From assembly GCF_009914755.1 (NCBI RefSeq), contig NC_060926.1: a DNA stretch of 64,000 nt; one strand, given 5' to 3'. The notes under the pieces were generated by a model that was not told where the DNA came from, ran no database searches, and saw nothing but the letters and a program-made list of their open reading frames with translations. Numbering within the stretch: the first letter of the stretch is position 1; the number at the start of each line of letters is the position of its first letter. Shown piece by piece: positions 26,117 through 39,726 of this stretch. The stretch comes from the human T2T-CHM13v2.0 reference genome, Homo sapiens. The position numbers and the translations under genes were made by a program.

Positions 26117-27316
26117 GGAAAGGAAAGGAAAGGAAAGGAAAGGAAAGGAAAGGAAAGGAAAGGAAAGGAAAGGAAAGGAAAGGAAAGGAAAGGAAAGGAA
26201 AGGAAAGGAAAGGAAAGGAAAGGAAAGGAAAGGAAAGGAAAGGAAAGGAAAGGAAAGGAAAGGAAAGGAAAGGAAAGGAAAGGAAAGGAAAGGAAAGGAA
26301 AGGAAAGGAAAGGAAAGGAAAGGAAAGGAAAGGAAAGGAAAGGAAAGGAAAGGAAAGGAAAGGAAAGGAAAGGAAAGGAAAGGAAGGAAAGGAAAGGAAA
26401 GGAAGGAAAGGAAAGGAAAGGAAAGGAAAGGAAAGGAAAGGAAAGGAAAGGAAAGGAAAGGAAAGGAAAGGAAAGGAAAGGAAAGGAAAGGAAAGGAAAG
26501 GAAAGGAAGGAAAGGAAAGGAAAGGAAAGGAAAGGAAAGGAAAGGAAGGAAAGGAAAGGAAAGGAAAGGAAAGGAAGGAAAGGAAAGGAAAGGAAAGGAA
26601 AGGAAAGGAAAGGAAAGGAAAGGAAAGGAAAGGAAAGGAAAGGAAAGGAAAGGAAAGGAAAGGAAAGGAAAGGAAAGGAAAGGAAAGGAAAGGAAAGGAA
26701 AGGAAAGGAAAGGAAAGGAAAGGAAAGGAAAGGAAAGGAAAGGAAAGGAAAGGAAAGGAAAGGAAAGGAAAGGAAAGGAAAGGAAAGGAAAGGAAGGAAA
26801 GGAAAGGAAAAGGAAAGGAAAGGAAAGGAAAGGAAAGGAAAGGAAAGGAAAGGAAAGGAAAGGAAAGGAAAGGAAAGGAAAGGAAAGGAAAGGAAAGGAA
26901 AGGAAAGGAAAGGAAAGGAAAGGAAAGGAAAGGAAAGGAAAGGAAGGAAAGGAAAGGAAAGGAAAGGAAAGGAAAGGAAAGGAAGGAAAGGAAAGGAAAG
27001 GAAAGGAAAGGAAAGGAAAGGAAAGGAAAGGAAAGGAAAGGAAAGGAAGGAAAGGAAGGAAAGGAAAAGGAAAGGAAAGGAAAGGAAAGGAAAGGAAAGG
27101 AAAGGAAAGGAAAGGAAAGGAAAGGAAAGGAAAGGAAAGGAAAGGAAAGGAAAGGAAAGGAAAGGAAAGGAAAGGAAAGGAAAGGAAAGGAAAGGAAAGG
27201 AAAGGAAAGGAAAGGAAGGAAGGAAAGGAAAGGAAAGGAAAGGAAAGGAAAGAAGGAAAGGAAAGGAAAGGAAAGGAAAGGAAAGGAAAGGAAAGGAAAG
27301 GAAAGGAAAGGAAAGG
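26117..27316. repeat. (GGAAA)n = (AAAGG)n pentanucleotide array, ~1.2 kb, ~240 units
   Basis: Direct reading; pure blocks (e.g. 26117-26381, 26577-26791) separated by sporadic GGAA and GGAAAA units; purine-only from 26115 to 27322. Confidence 0.99.
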
Positions 27317-28239
27317 AGAAGGCTGGAGGAAAATGGGAAAGAAATGACAATGGAAAGGGAGAGAAAGGCAAAGGAGAAAGTCAGGGGAAGAAGATGGGAT
27401 GGGGAGGGTGGCTGACAGAGGAAAAACAGAGGGAAATCTAAATCACTGTCTCCCTTATCTCATTCCTCCTGAGAATCAAAACAGTTTAACTTACAAAAGG
27501 CAGAGACATTTCCAACTAGGGCAGTCCAGGGGCCATAGGATTCCAGCCTCTGAGCTTCAGGCAGGAACAAAGGAGAGAAGCAGGAAAGAAGTACCTTCCA
27601 TCACAGCCCTGGGTGGGGGGAGTGGAGGGGCCCAGGCAGGGCTCTGGGGGAGCCTGAGGCCCGAGGGCAGAGGCAGGTAGCTTGGACATTCACCTCCACA
27701 TCCAGGACAGGTCAAGACTGCGTAGAAGGGACTGATGTCATTCCCTAGACTTCCTCCCTTTTAGGTCGCACATTGTTTTAGGATCTTCCCTTGTTCTTTT
27801 CACTGACTTCCTGCCACTAGGATCTCCCCATAGCTTTTGCCTCTCTGGGACATTGCAGGAGACCACCGCTACCAGTGCCTTCTTGAGAGCTGCAGAAAAC
27901 TGGAGTAAAGGAAGAAATTAAATAAGACCGGTGTGAAGCAGCCCTGTCATCCAGAGTTCTCCTTCATCTGGAGAGAAAAGATTTGAGAGGAAGATTCCAG
28001 CAGTTTCAACCCCACACTAAATTTCCACCCTTAGCAAATTGCCACCTTGCCAGAAATTCTACAATTTACTATTCGTCAGTTACTGGTGCTTTCCTATGAA
28101 TTGGCTTATCTGATTGCACAGGAATGCAAAGTGATATATACAAGATCTCCCCACCCAGGAGGTCTCCTAGGGCCATGGGCCATACTTGTGTGTCTGTATG
28201 TGTCTAAATACATAGAATACATTCACATAATCTTTCAAA

Positions 28240-28720
28240 TGACCATGGCTGCCAAACAAATTTACCCTAAACTTAGTGATGTCAACCAACCATTTATTAT
28301 GCTCACAAATTATCTGAGTCAGGAATTCAGAGTGGAACGAGAACAACTTGTCTCTGCTCCATGATGACTGAGCCATCAGCTGGAAGACCCAAAGCCTGGG
28401 GGCTGGAGTCATGCAGAGCCTGGCAGATGATGGTGGTTGATGCTGAGACCTTAGCTCCAGGTTGTCAGCCACACCACCTATGCATGGTTTCTCCATTTAG
28501 CCTGGGCTTCCTCCCTGCATTGTGTCTGGGTTCCCAGGATGAACAGCACCTCATAGAGAGCCAGTCTGAAGCCAGATCACCTTATGATCTAACTCAGAAG
28601 ACACACAGCTTGTCTTCTGCCACATTCTATTCATCAAGATAATCACCAGTTTCAAGGGGAAGAGAAATGGACTTTCCTTCTTGATGGAGAACAGCATATA
28701 GAATCATCAATGTTGTGGCC
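28240..28720 (-). mobile_element. MLT1F-like LTR (terminus split by L1/Alu; remainder at ~29458-29475 and 29790-29800)
   Basis: ACCCTAAACTTAGTG...CATTTATTATGCTCAC...CACATTCTATTCATC; GTGGCC|ATCTTTAGTAAATAGA|ATCTGCCTCA rebuilds an MLT1 end. Confidence 0.65.
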
Positions 28721-29196
28721 AATAGCAAAGACATGGAATTTATCTAGGTGTTCATCAATGATAGATTGGATACAGAAAATGTAGTACATATACACGATGG
28801 AATATTACACAGCCATAAACAAGAATAAAGTCATGTCCTTTGTAGCAACATGGATGGAGCTTGAAGCCATTATACCAAGCAAATTAACACAGGAACAGAA
28901 AACCAAATACTGTATTTTCTCACTTATAAGTAGGAGCTAAACACTGAATACACATGGGCACAAAGAGGAGAACAATAAACACCAGGGCCTACTTGAGGGT
29001 GGAAGGTGGGAGGAGGATAAGGATCAAAAACTACCTATTAGTTACTATGCTCATTACCTGGATTACAAAACCATTTGTATTCAAAGCCCCAGAGACATGC
29101 AATTTACCCGTGTAACAAACCTGCACATGTATCCCCTGAACCTAAAGTCAAAGTTGGAAAGAAAAAATAAATAAATAAAAATAATTTTTAAAAAAA
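28721..29196 (+). mobile_element. 5'-truncated L1 3' end (L1PA15/16-like)
   Basis: ORF2 end and 3' UTR (CAATAGCAAAGACATGGAAT...TGTAACAAACCTGCACATGTATCCCCTGAAC) plus A-rich tail. Confidence 0.85.
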
Positions 29197-29202
29197 TGTT
29201 GG

Positions 29203-29446
29203 GGCCAGGCCAAGGCGAGCAGATAAGGTTAGGAGTACAAGACCAGCCTGGCCAACATGGTGAAACCCCATCTCTCCTAAAAAAAAAAAAAAAAAAAAAA
29301 AATAGCTGGGTGTGGTGGCAGGCACCTGTAATCCCAACTACTCAGGAGGCTGTGGCAGGAGAATTGTTTGAACCTGGGAGCTGAGATCATCCCACAACAT
29401 TCCAGACTGGGCAACAGAGCAAGACTCTGTCTCAAAAAAAAAAAAA
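29203..29446 (+). mobile_element. Alu with deletions, inserted at the L1 tail
   Basis: GACCAGCCTGGCCAACATGGTGAAACCCC...GACTCTGTCTCAAAA; left-arm deletion; flanked by AAAAAATGT on both sides. Confidence 0.9.
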
Positions 29447-29475
29447 TGTCTATCTTTATATCTTTAGTAAATAGA

Positions 29476-29786
<311 letters not shown>

Positions 29787-29819
29787 TAGAATCTGCCTCA
29801 TACACTTACAGTATTTTCC

Positions 29820-30060
29820 CCAAACAGCATAATAACAGATGGCTAATGTATGCTTTACACTTTTCCAAACACTTGAAAGTACTTACAATATCAGATGCTC
29901 ACAAAACACTCATGTACAAGGGAAGGCAGTTAATGCTATTCTTATTTTTCATATAAGAAAAATGCATACCAAAAAAGGTTGAGTGACACATGAAAGATCT
30001 GGCTTATTGGGGGATCAAAGACTAGAACCCAGGATTTCTCCCTCATGGGCCAGCCTTTTC
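29820..30060 (-). mobile_element. MIR
   Basis: TGCTTTACACTTTTCCAAAC...ACTAGAACCCAGG. Confidence 0.55.
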
Positions 30061-30189
30061 CCAAGACACGACTCAGAACAGGACTGGCTTTGGGTGGCCC
30101 ATGTTCACCATTTGTATCCACAGCAATGTCGGCAACAGCTTCAGGAGTCTGCTCTGTAGGAGTTAGAAACAGCTATTTGTACACTTCCC

Positions 30190-30565
30190 AAGCCTGTCTT
30201 ATGCACCTGCCATAACTACACTCATGCTGTTCCCTGTGACTGGAATGGAATAACACTGCCCTCAAACCTGGTATCCTTTCTAGCTATTTATCCTTCACTA
30301 GCTGCTCCTCCAAGGTCGCCTCTGATAAGAAGCTTTCCCTGACTCCCCTAGAGGTAGTCTGACTCTGCTGTGGACTTTCACAGTTCTTGGGGTGGTTATT
30401 CTTCATCATTCTTACAACATTCTGTCATAATCTATATTTATACTACTGCCTTTTCAACCACACTGTGAGCTCCTTAATTGTAGAGATTTTTTCTCAATAC
30501 CACTGTATTCCTAAGGCTCAAGGTACTACTGGACATGCTAGGTGCTCAAGAAATATCTATGAACA
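30190..30565 (+). mobile_element. L2 fragment
   Basis: CATGCTGTTCCCTGTGACTGGAATG...AAGCTTTCCCTGAC...CTGTGAGCTCCTT...AGGTGCTCAAGAAATATC. Confidence 0.6.
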
Positions 30566-31155
30566 GTTTGACAGCTCCTCAAAAAGTTGATTACCACATG
30601 AGCCAGCAATTCCACTCCTAGGTATATGCCAAAACAATTGAATGAAGGAACTCAAAAAGATACTTCTACACCAAGTGCTAAGCAGCATTATTTACAAAGC
30701 CAAAAGGGAGAGACAACTCAAATGTCCAAGGACAGATGAGTGGACAAACAAAATACAGTATATAAATACAATGGACTATCATTCAGCCTTAAACAGCAAT
30801 GAAATCTTGTCATATGCTACAACATGGACGAACCTTGAAGATATTACATGAAGTAAAATAAGGCAGTCACAAATGGAGAAATGCTGTATGGTTGCACTTC
30901 TATGAGTTACCTAAACTAGGCTAATTCATAGAGACAAAAAGCAGAATAGAGATCACCAGTAGCTAGAGGAAGGAGAAATGAGAAGTAGTTTAATGAGATT
31001 AGAGTTTCTGTTTGGAAAGATGAAAAACTTCTGGAGACGGATGGTAGTGAACGTTGTGCTATATTACAAATGTATTTTATGCCACTGAATTGCACACCTA
31101 AAAATGGTTAAGATACAGCAAATGTTATGTTATATGTACCTGGACACACCAAAAA
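30565..31155 (+). mobile_element. L1MB-like 3' end
   Basis: CCAGCAATTCCACTCCTAGGTATAT...GCTACAACATGGACGAACCTTGAAG...GCCACTGAATTGCACACCTAAAAATGG. Confidence 0.85.
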
Positions 31156-32752
31156 AGTATCATTTATTCAGTCACTCAACTCAGAGAGTGTGGTAGAATA
31201 GAAATCCCCTTTGACTAAGACACTAGCCACTTGAGCCAGCTCCAATTCACCAAGTTGTATTAAACAAGTCACTTCACTTGTCTGGATTTCAGTTTCCTCA
31301 TCTACAAAGTGAAGTTACACTGTGCCACCTCTCTGCTCACAGAAGCAGCCCTGTGAAGGGCTCTAAACAGGACAGCAGCTGGGATGCAGGGGGCAGGTGC
31401 TCCCAGCCTCTGCCAGGCAAAGGACCAGAGATGCACCCTGAGGCCCGGCCTTGTATGGGCTTCACCCATTTGGAAATCCAACAAGGCTGTCCAAATTACA
31501 GCAGAGAGGCCCTATAGACAGACACATGGGAGGCTTGCAGGGAGAACTCTTCCCCACACCTCCTCAAACAATCCTTTAAACCTTAACTTGAGAGTCCACA
31601 ATAAGAAGCTTTTCTCTATTGCTTCACATTGTTAATATCAGTTTTATTTAATGTCCAATATTGGGTTTCATGTTGCCCAAAGCATCACATTCTGTTTCTT
31701 CCCCAAACATTAGCCTAAAGTACTAATGATCTACTTATTGCCAAATCCAATGCTAACTTTCAGACATTTCTTAGTTGACTCCTGAGGCATTCAACGATAA
31801 TGGCTACTGTCTCCTTCAAGGTCTCCCCTCCACTCCCCTGGTGTTTTGACTGGCACCATTGTCCCAGTTCTCTCTGCCTCTCGGGCTGCCTCCACTTTCC
31901 TCTCATATGTTGCTCTGCCCCTGGCTTACAAGGGGCTTGCCTTGTTAATCTCTCTATTCTCACTGTCAAGAGTCTCAACTGCAATATGAGAATGATAATT
32001 TCCAAACCTGTATCTCCGGCCCATTCCTCTCTCCTAGACTCTGGGTCTGATCACCCAACCTCCTGTTACCTATGTCTACCTGACGAACCTCACCCAGGTA
32101 GCACAGGCTCCACATGTCCCATCCTGAATTCACTGTATCTACCCTGTTCCTCCTCCAAGGAGAAAGCGGCTCTTCCCAGTCACAAAGCAAGTTTGTTTCA
32201 CTCTCTCTAGACACACAACTGTCTCTTTTTCTCCCCAAACTTATGTGCTTTCCCAAGTGTTTCATGCAGACTGTTCATTTCTTATGTCACTAGGACATAC
32301 AGTAAAACCACATATCATCAGGTAAGGATGATGTTCACATTCCAAAATTGTAGGGAGATTTTTTTTTTCTCAGGAAGAAACAGTAACTCTAAAGGCCTGA
32401 GGGTATGCCATAGACAACTTGATGAGGTAGAGAAATGATGCTATGGCAAAGTAACATCAGAAAGGTCATAAGACAGAAAACAATAAGAGGCAGGGTGAGT
32501 TGGGAGGGGAAGAGAATAAGTATCAAAATCTCTCCATATCTTGAGAGCCAACTCACATAGGAAATAGATTCTGGATAATTAACTATGCCTGTAAACTTAT
32601 CATCTCACTCCCAGCCCTGCAAATCTTTCTGAAACAGTCATTCTCTAGTGAAAACTACTGATAGTTCCCTTCCCGGGGGCAGTGTCTATCTCAAACCTCC
32701 CATCCATGAAATCCTTACTAGGGATGTTCTGCTTGGACACACAGGCCATCAA

Positions 32753-33064
32753 CCGGGTACCTGCAAACTACAACCACAGGCAAAATTCAACTGACTGCCT
32801 GTTTTTATATGGCACTCAAGCTAAGAATGGTTTTTACATTTTTAAATGGTTTTTTAAAAAGTTAAAACAAGAATAGCATTTTATAACATATGAAAATTAT
32901 ATGAACTTTAAATTTCAGTGTCCATAAATAAAGTTTTGTTGGAACACAGCCAACCCAATTCATTTACATATTCTCTGTAGCTGCTTTCACACTACAACAG
33001 CAGGTCCACAAATCTTAAAATATTTACTATCTAGTTCTTTACTGAAAAAGTTTGCTGACGCCTG
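32753..33064. mobile_element. MER58B-like hAT-Charlie
   Basis: GCTAAGAATGGTTTTTACATTTTTAAATGG...AATAAAGTTTTGTTGGAACACAGCC...AAAAGTTTGCTGACGCCTG. Confidence 0.8.
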
Positions 33065-33532
33065 CCTTAAATCCACCTGAATTACACCCCTCCCCACCCC
33101 CAACTTCTTTGGAAGAAACCATATGCACTCCTAAGCCATCTGCTAGACTCTCTTCCCACCCAGTTCCAGGATCCTTAAATTAAATGGGTTATGTAAAGCC
33201 CAATTTAAATTTACAGCCCCCATTCCCTTTGCCCACAAAGCCCGTGCGATTCCTCCTACCTATGCTGAACTTTTTCTTTCTCTGAAATCCACCTGTTGTA
33301 CTACTCGCTAGTGTGTTAATTTACTACATTGTGTCTTTATGTTTTATTGTGTTAGTACTATAAACTCCTTGAGGCAGGTTATGTGTGTTACTCAATTTAA
33401 TACACATGGTTTGAGCTCTTAGTATGTGCAAGGTACTAAAGGAGTCTGAGGAGGCTTAAGACATAATCTGTTTTCACAGATTTACAATCTGGTAGAAATA
33501 GAAACATTAATTTTTATGATGCACTATATTTT

Positions 33533-33552
33533 AGACAGATAGACAGATAGAT

Positions 33553-33598
<46 letters not shown>

Positions 33599-33603
33599 CA
33601 GAT
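33533..33603. repeat. Compound (GATA/GACA)n STR
   Basis: 11 pure GATA units at 33553-33596 with GACA/GAT variants flanking. Confidence 0.95.
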
Positions 33604-34059
33604 GTGAGAGTTCAAATAGGGGAAATGTCCCATCCAGTTGGGCAGGGAGGGAGAGCCAAACTAAGAACCAGAGTTCCTTGGGGCTCAACAAAGTATGATC
33701 AGGTTAACGATGAACCCCAAAGAGACAAAAGTTACCCCTGGTTCAGCTGGATAGGCGATCCCCTTCCCACCTGGAGAGTTTCCCTCAGGTTAGAAACTTA
33801 GAGAATCTAAACTTTCTGTCAACAGGAGAGATGTCTCCTTACCTTGCCATATGTATTGTAGATGACCAAGGACTTGAACCAGGGCCAGAGATTGACAAGT
33901 CCAAGGAGTGAGACTTTAGGTACAATGTAAAAAAGAACTCATATTCAGAGTTCAAAGATGAGACAGACTACTTTAAGAGAATATGAGAAGCCTCCTACTA
34001 AGAGAGGTTTAAATATATACTAGCTGCTCATCTAACAGAATGTAGGCAATGGTTGATAT

Positions 34060-34245
34060 TTAAAGTGATTGGTCTGTAATTAGAAATATGATTACAGACC
34101 AGCAGCATCTACTTCACCTGGGAGTTAGATGCTATGCAGATTCTCAGTCCTCACATCCGAATTACTGGATTGGAATCTCCCAGAATCTAGTTATTGAAAT
34201 TGCTCCAGGTGATTCGTAGCCATATTGAAAGTTGAGAACCGTGAA
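34060..34245. mobile_element. MER5A-like
   Basis: GACCAGCAGCATCTACTTCACCTGGGAG...CCAGGTGATTC...AAAGTTGAGAACC. Confidence 0.7.
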
Positions 34246-37200
34246 CTAGACAACTTTTGAATTTCCTTTCAAACCTGAGTTCTCACCTTCAAAATGAGGA
34301 GCTAGAACCCCTTAAGAGACTAGACATTAGTAATGTTCTTGTAGATAACATCTTTGCTATTTCTCTAAAAGAGATTCCCAAAAACTACCAGTATCTTTAC
34401 TGTTGTTGGGAGCATCAAATTTAAATACCAAGGAGATTCAGGAAATGTTATAAATTAGACCTTCTAAATGGTGTGCCATTATAGACATTTCATTTTCATA
34501 TGTACTCAATTTCATATACCAACACGCTAAGGACTCCAAGCAATGCTTTCTTGGTTCATATCTGACCAATACCACATGTTCAGTCACAGCTAAAAGGGGC
34601 CCCATGACTTATTTTGATCCAACTCCAGGAGGAAACCCAGTGCCTGGGAACCTACAATCCTAATATCTTGGGGCCTAGTGTATGTAAAATACCATCCAAG
34701 TATATTTCCCCGTTCTCAGTACCAAAAGGAAAAAAAGAAGGCAAAAGACTTGTACAATCTTTTTCCAGTCTCCCCACCCCCACACAAATTGTATTCTGCA
34801 CACATGCTGAAGCATTAGCATCGGCTGATTTGGAAGGAATATTGGAAATGAAGTGATAGCAGAGTAAATGTCAATGCATTCAGTGTGACACCGTGAGCAC
34901 CAGATCTTAAACAGCTTCATCATTGTGGCATTTACTGTATCCTGAAATAATATTAATCCCACTGTTGTCCTTCTTGATGGAATCATCCATGAATATGGTT
35001 TATGGGCCTGGCCAAAGTGATAATAGGTTAAAAGAACAGCCTATCCAGTGTTCCACTAAATTAAGGTCGCTTCATGGAATTTAATGAAACAAGTGCTGCA
35101 TGGGGTTTTCAAAGGACGTTCTTGTAATTCATGTCTATTTAGGGCTCCTGATAACCAGAAACCTAATTTCTTAGAGTAAAATAGCTTTCTGTAAAGCCTG
35201 GTCATATAGAAGAATAAAAAAGAAAAAACTTTAAAGGGCAATGATCAGACTTCCACTGTAATATTTTGTTATTTCAAATCCAAAGTTTAAGCAAAAAAAA
35301 AAAAAAAAAAGTTGGGAGGGAGCAATAAGACATTTTGAATAAAACAAAATATGAAAATTAATCAGATCCATATGTCATTCTGCAGCTGAATGCTGAAATA
35401 AAGATTTGGTCCTACCCACTCCCTTTAGCCACATACCTAGGGAAATAAAAAGGTCTTGGGATATAGGAGGCCACCGCATGCTAGAAATGATGAGAAATGA
35501 AATAACTGTTCTGACTTTGAGAGTGGTAGAGGGAAGACAATGGCAAATGTTTCTAGGCAGGTATTCCCATTCCACTTATCAAGGCTAAACAGGGCTCACA
35601 CATTTAAACCTTCTCCAAGAGAGCCATAACCCCAGACTAATGTCCCTAGAGGTATTGGAACATTTCTTTACCCTTGCCAAAGACTAAGTGAAAGTATTAA
35701 ACAATCGCAGGTATTTATTTTGAATCCAATATGGGTAGAAAGGACATTCCATCTATTTTAAGGTAGAGGTAAGTCCCAAAGAGATGCATTGAATTCTTTT
35801 TGAACTATTCCTTTTCTTGTCCCCTATCACCAATAACTTGATGGTTTTTCTGGTTACAGTGGAGATCACAAATTCAAATACCAATAGAGGACAGACAGGT
35901 AACTTAAATGGGTGAAGTGAGCTAGGAGAAATAGACATTGAGACTATGCTCAACAGGGGAGTGCTTGTCCCTTTAAGTCCCTTTAACAAGGAGAAGCCCA
36001 TGTCAAGCTTGAGACCATTGGTTCTGTGCAGGAACATAGTGTTGCTATATTTTCAAGAGATTCCAGAAACTTTAAAATTTTATGTGAAATAATCTAGCTC
36101 TTAAGTGGCACAATTTAATTTTCTTTCAATTATAGGACGTCATGACTGTGGGCTGTGATCCTAACTCAGCTTTCAGATTAGGAGTTTGTCACTCTTGACA
36201 GAGCAACAGCCAGCAATGTCATTGAGGCTTTGAGGCACTAGGGTAGAAAAGAGAAAGTGGTATTAAATATAAACCCAAAAAGTATGTAGAACAATGCATA
36301 AATCACATTATATAAAGAGAAGCCATTACTCTATCTAACCCACTTTCTCTATGCATTGGGCCTATTTGCAGTCAATTTTCAGTTAATTTTGCTTTCTAGG
36401 CAAATCTTTGTAAAGGGCCTGAGGTCAGGGTTATTTTCTCTGACTCCAAGGCAGGTAGGGAGGGTCTGCAGCCACCCACTACCTTCTCAGTGACCCTTGC
36501 TGTTGGTCTCCATGAAAAAGTCCTCCTTTCCTCCCCGATCAGCCAAAGTCTATTCTGAGCTTCCCCTTTTCACTGAAAATTCAGAAGGCTGCCTCCCTGT
36601 CTCTCAGTCTATTTCAGTTATATTTCTCAAGGCAAAACCGGGTTAATTACCCAGAAAGTTGGCCGTCATTTAAGGGCCCGATTTACTTAGACCCAGAAGC
36701 CACATATGTGATAGATTCAGCACAAGTTCCCAGGGCAGCCTCCCTGATCCCCAACCCACGCATGGTAGGATGACCCAGTTTTTCCGCCTCTAAAATGCAA
36801 AAGGTGTAGTCTGGCCACAAACAAGGGCCCAGGTGCCTTCTGGGCAGGTATCCCCCGACTGTAAGCCAAGTAGAGAACTGTAAAAAGGCAAGCACTAGCC
36901 CCCAGCCACGGCCAAGGAAGGAGAAAATGGTGAAACTACAGTAGCTGTGCAAGCCCATGTGCCCATGTGGGTTGGAGCAGAACAAGGTCTCCAGCTGTCT
37001 GAGTGTTCCAGGAGAAAGCGCAGTGTGAAAGTGCACACTCTTTACCATGCATGGCCTAGCTCAAGGATGTCTTTTCCTTGACACTGTCTCTGCCAACTCC
37101 TTCTTCCTTTTTCTCCTGTGAGCACATAGCAGGTACGGTCTATACTGCGTGACACCTTGTCTTGTTCTACTATTTAACTCTTTTTGTGTCTAGACCTGAA

Positions 37201-37454
37201 CTCTATGATGAACTATTTAAAAAGAGGTATATTTGTGATACCACTCTGCATTCCACACAGGGCTAACACTGAGCCCTGAGTGTATGTGCAGCCCAGTTCA
37301 CATCTATGAAAGGAAGAGAGGAAAGAAGCTGTCCATCAACATACAAAAGTCAAACTCAGCCACAGAGGGAAATTCCACTACATAAAGGATACAGTCAGAG
37401 GATAAAAAAGTGGCACACATTGATCAATTAACAGTTTATAAAATGGGGTTTTCA

Positions 37455-37751
37455 GGCCAGGTGCCATGGCTCATGCCTATAATCCCAGCACTTTGGCAGG
37501 CTGAGACAGGCAGATCACTTGAGGTCAGGAGTTTAAGACCAGCCTGGCCAACATGGTGAAACCCCATCTCTACTAAAAATACAAAAATTAGCCGGGTGTG
37601 GTGGCACACACCTGTAATCCCAGCTACTGGGGAGGCTGAAGCAGGAGAATTGCTTGAACCTGGGAGGCAGAGTTTGCAGTGAGCTGAGATCGCGCACTGC
37701 ACTACAGACGGGGCAACAGAGCCAGACTCCGTCTCAAAAAAAAAAACAAAA
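37455..37751 (+). mobile_element. AluS
   Basis: Full dimeric Alu with A tail. Confidence 0.95.
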
Positions 37752-38362
37752 ATGATTGGATTTTTAAGCTGACATTCCAAGTTCCCGGTCACAATAACCT
37801 GAAGTGAAATGGTGATACAATTTCTTCACAATCTTGTGATTCAGCCTTAATACATTCTTAAAATACTTATTTGGGTCTATTCATAACAACAATAAAAACC
37901 TATTACGACAGGAAATATATCCCCTAAAATATATTCTGATACTTGACAAAAAAAAAACACACACACACACACATTTGTCTTCCAATAATGCCAGAGGCCA
38001 CTGGTTTGTAGTCAATTCAGAAAGAAGTCATTCATGAGGAATGTTTTTGGCTTCCAAAAACATTCAAAAAAATCAGAACAATGGAATCTCCTTTGGCAAA
38101 TATGAGACATGAGACTATTTCCTCAGGGCAATCCAGATGTATCTCTGAGGACTCAGCTCCATAGGAATCAACATGATCTCCAGAGAATGGTGCAGGTCAG
38201 CTGGGGCTGTCCTCTCTCCACTACCACCCAGGCTTGAGCTCCCTTTCCCTTGCTCCTGGTCACTCTACTAACTTCCCAACTGGGCTCCTCTACATCTCCA
38301 AAGGAAGGTACTTTCTTACCTTTGCTCCAGTCAAGCTGAAATATTCACAGTTCCCTAGATAG

Positions 38363-38892
<530 letters not shown>

Positions 38893-39142
38893 TAGACTTG
38901 AATGAGAAAGTAATCAGAGCTATCTATTTTCTTTATCGTTATGACACTTGGTACCTAACACTATGGCTACATAAAGAGCTGATCAAGAAATATTTATGAA
39001 TGAATCCTTCTATTAGGTCTGAACTGTATCCTTCTATAAGGTATGAACAGGCTGAGAGGTCTTGGAAGTGGAAGAAATAAAATGGGATTCCATCTCCAGA
39101 CTTGAATTCTTCTCCCAGAGGCAGAACACCAGAATTGATGGG

Positions 39143-39462
<320 letters not shown>

Positions 39463-39726
39463 TTATTTCATGCCTCAGTGAAGACCAGAATGATTGGCTG
39501 TGCCCAAAAGAAGGGCACAGAGTCCCTCAAGAGGGGTGAATTTAGCTTCTCCAGAAGGGCACCTAGAGCAACAGAGACTTTCCCTCTGGGCAGCAGAAAA
39601 ATGTCCACAATGCCATCACATGGTATAGAAATGTACTGGGCTTCTGTTGTTTTTGCCAGAACATGTTCATTTCTCCCCTTTTCTCCCCCCATCACATGGT
39701 TCAGGTTCAACCATTGTCTCCCTCCC

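Noticed and set aside
26117-27316. Identification as the RFC1/CANVAS locus or as HSAT2/3 satellite
   Set aside because: Not in an Alu poly(A) tail as at RFC1; the unit is GGAAA rather than GGAAT and the context is euchromatic.
26097-27347. 416-aa and 445-aa ORFs as protein-coding genes
   Set aside because: Pure repeat read-through with non-ATG starts and no exon context.
33533-33603. GATA STR as a named forensic or linkage marker
   Set aside because: Cannot be assigned without a database lookup; ordinary STR.
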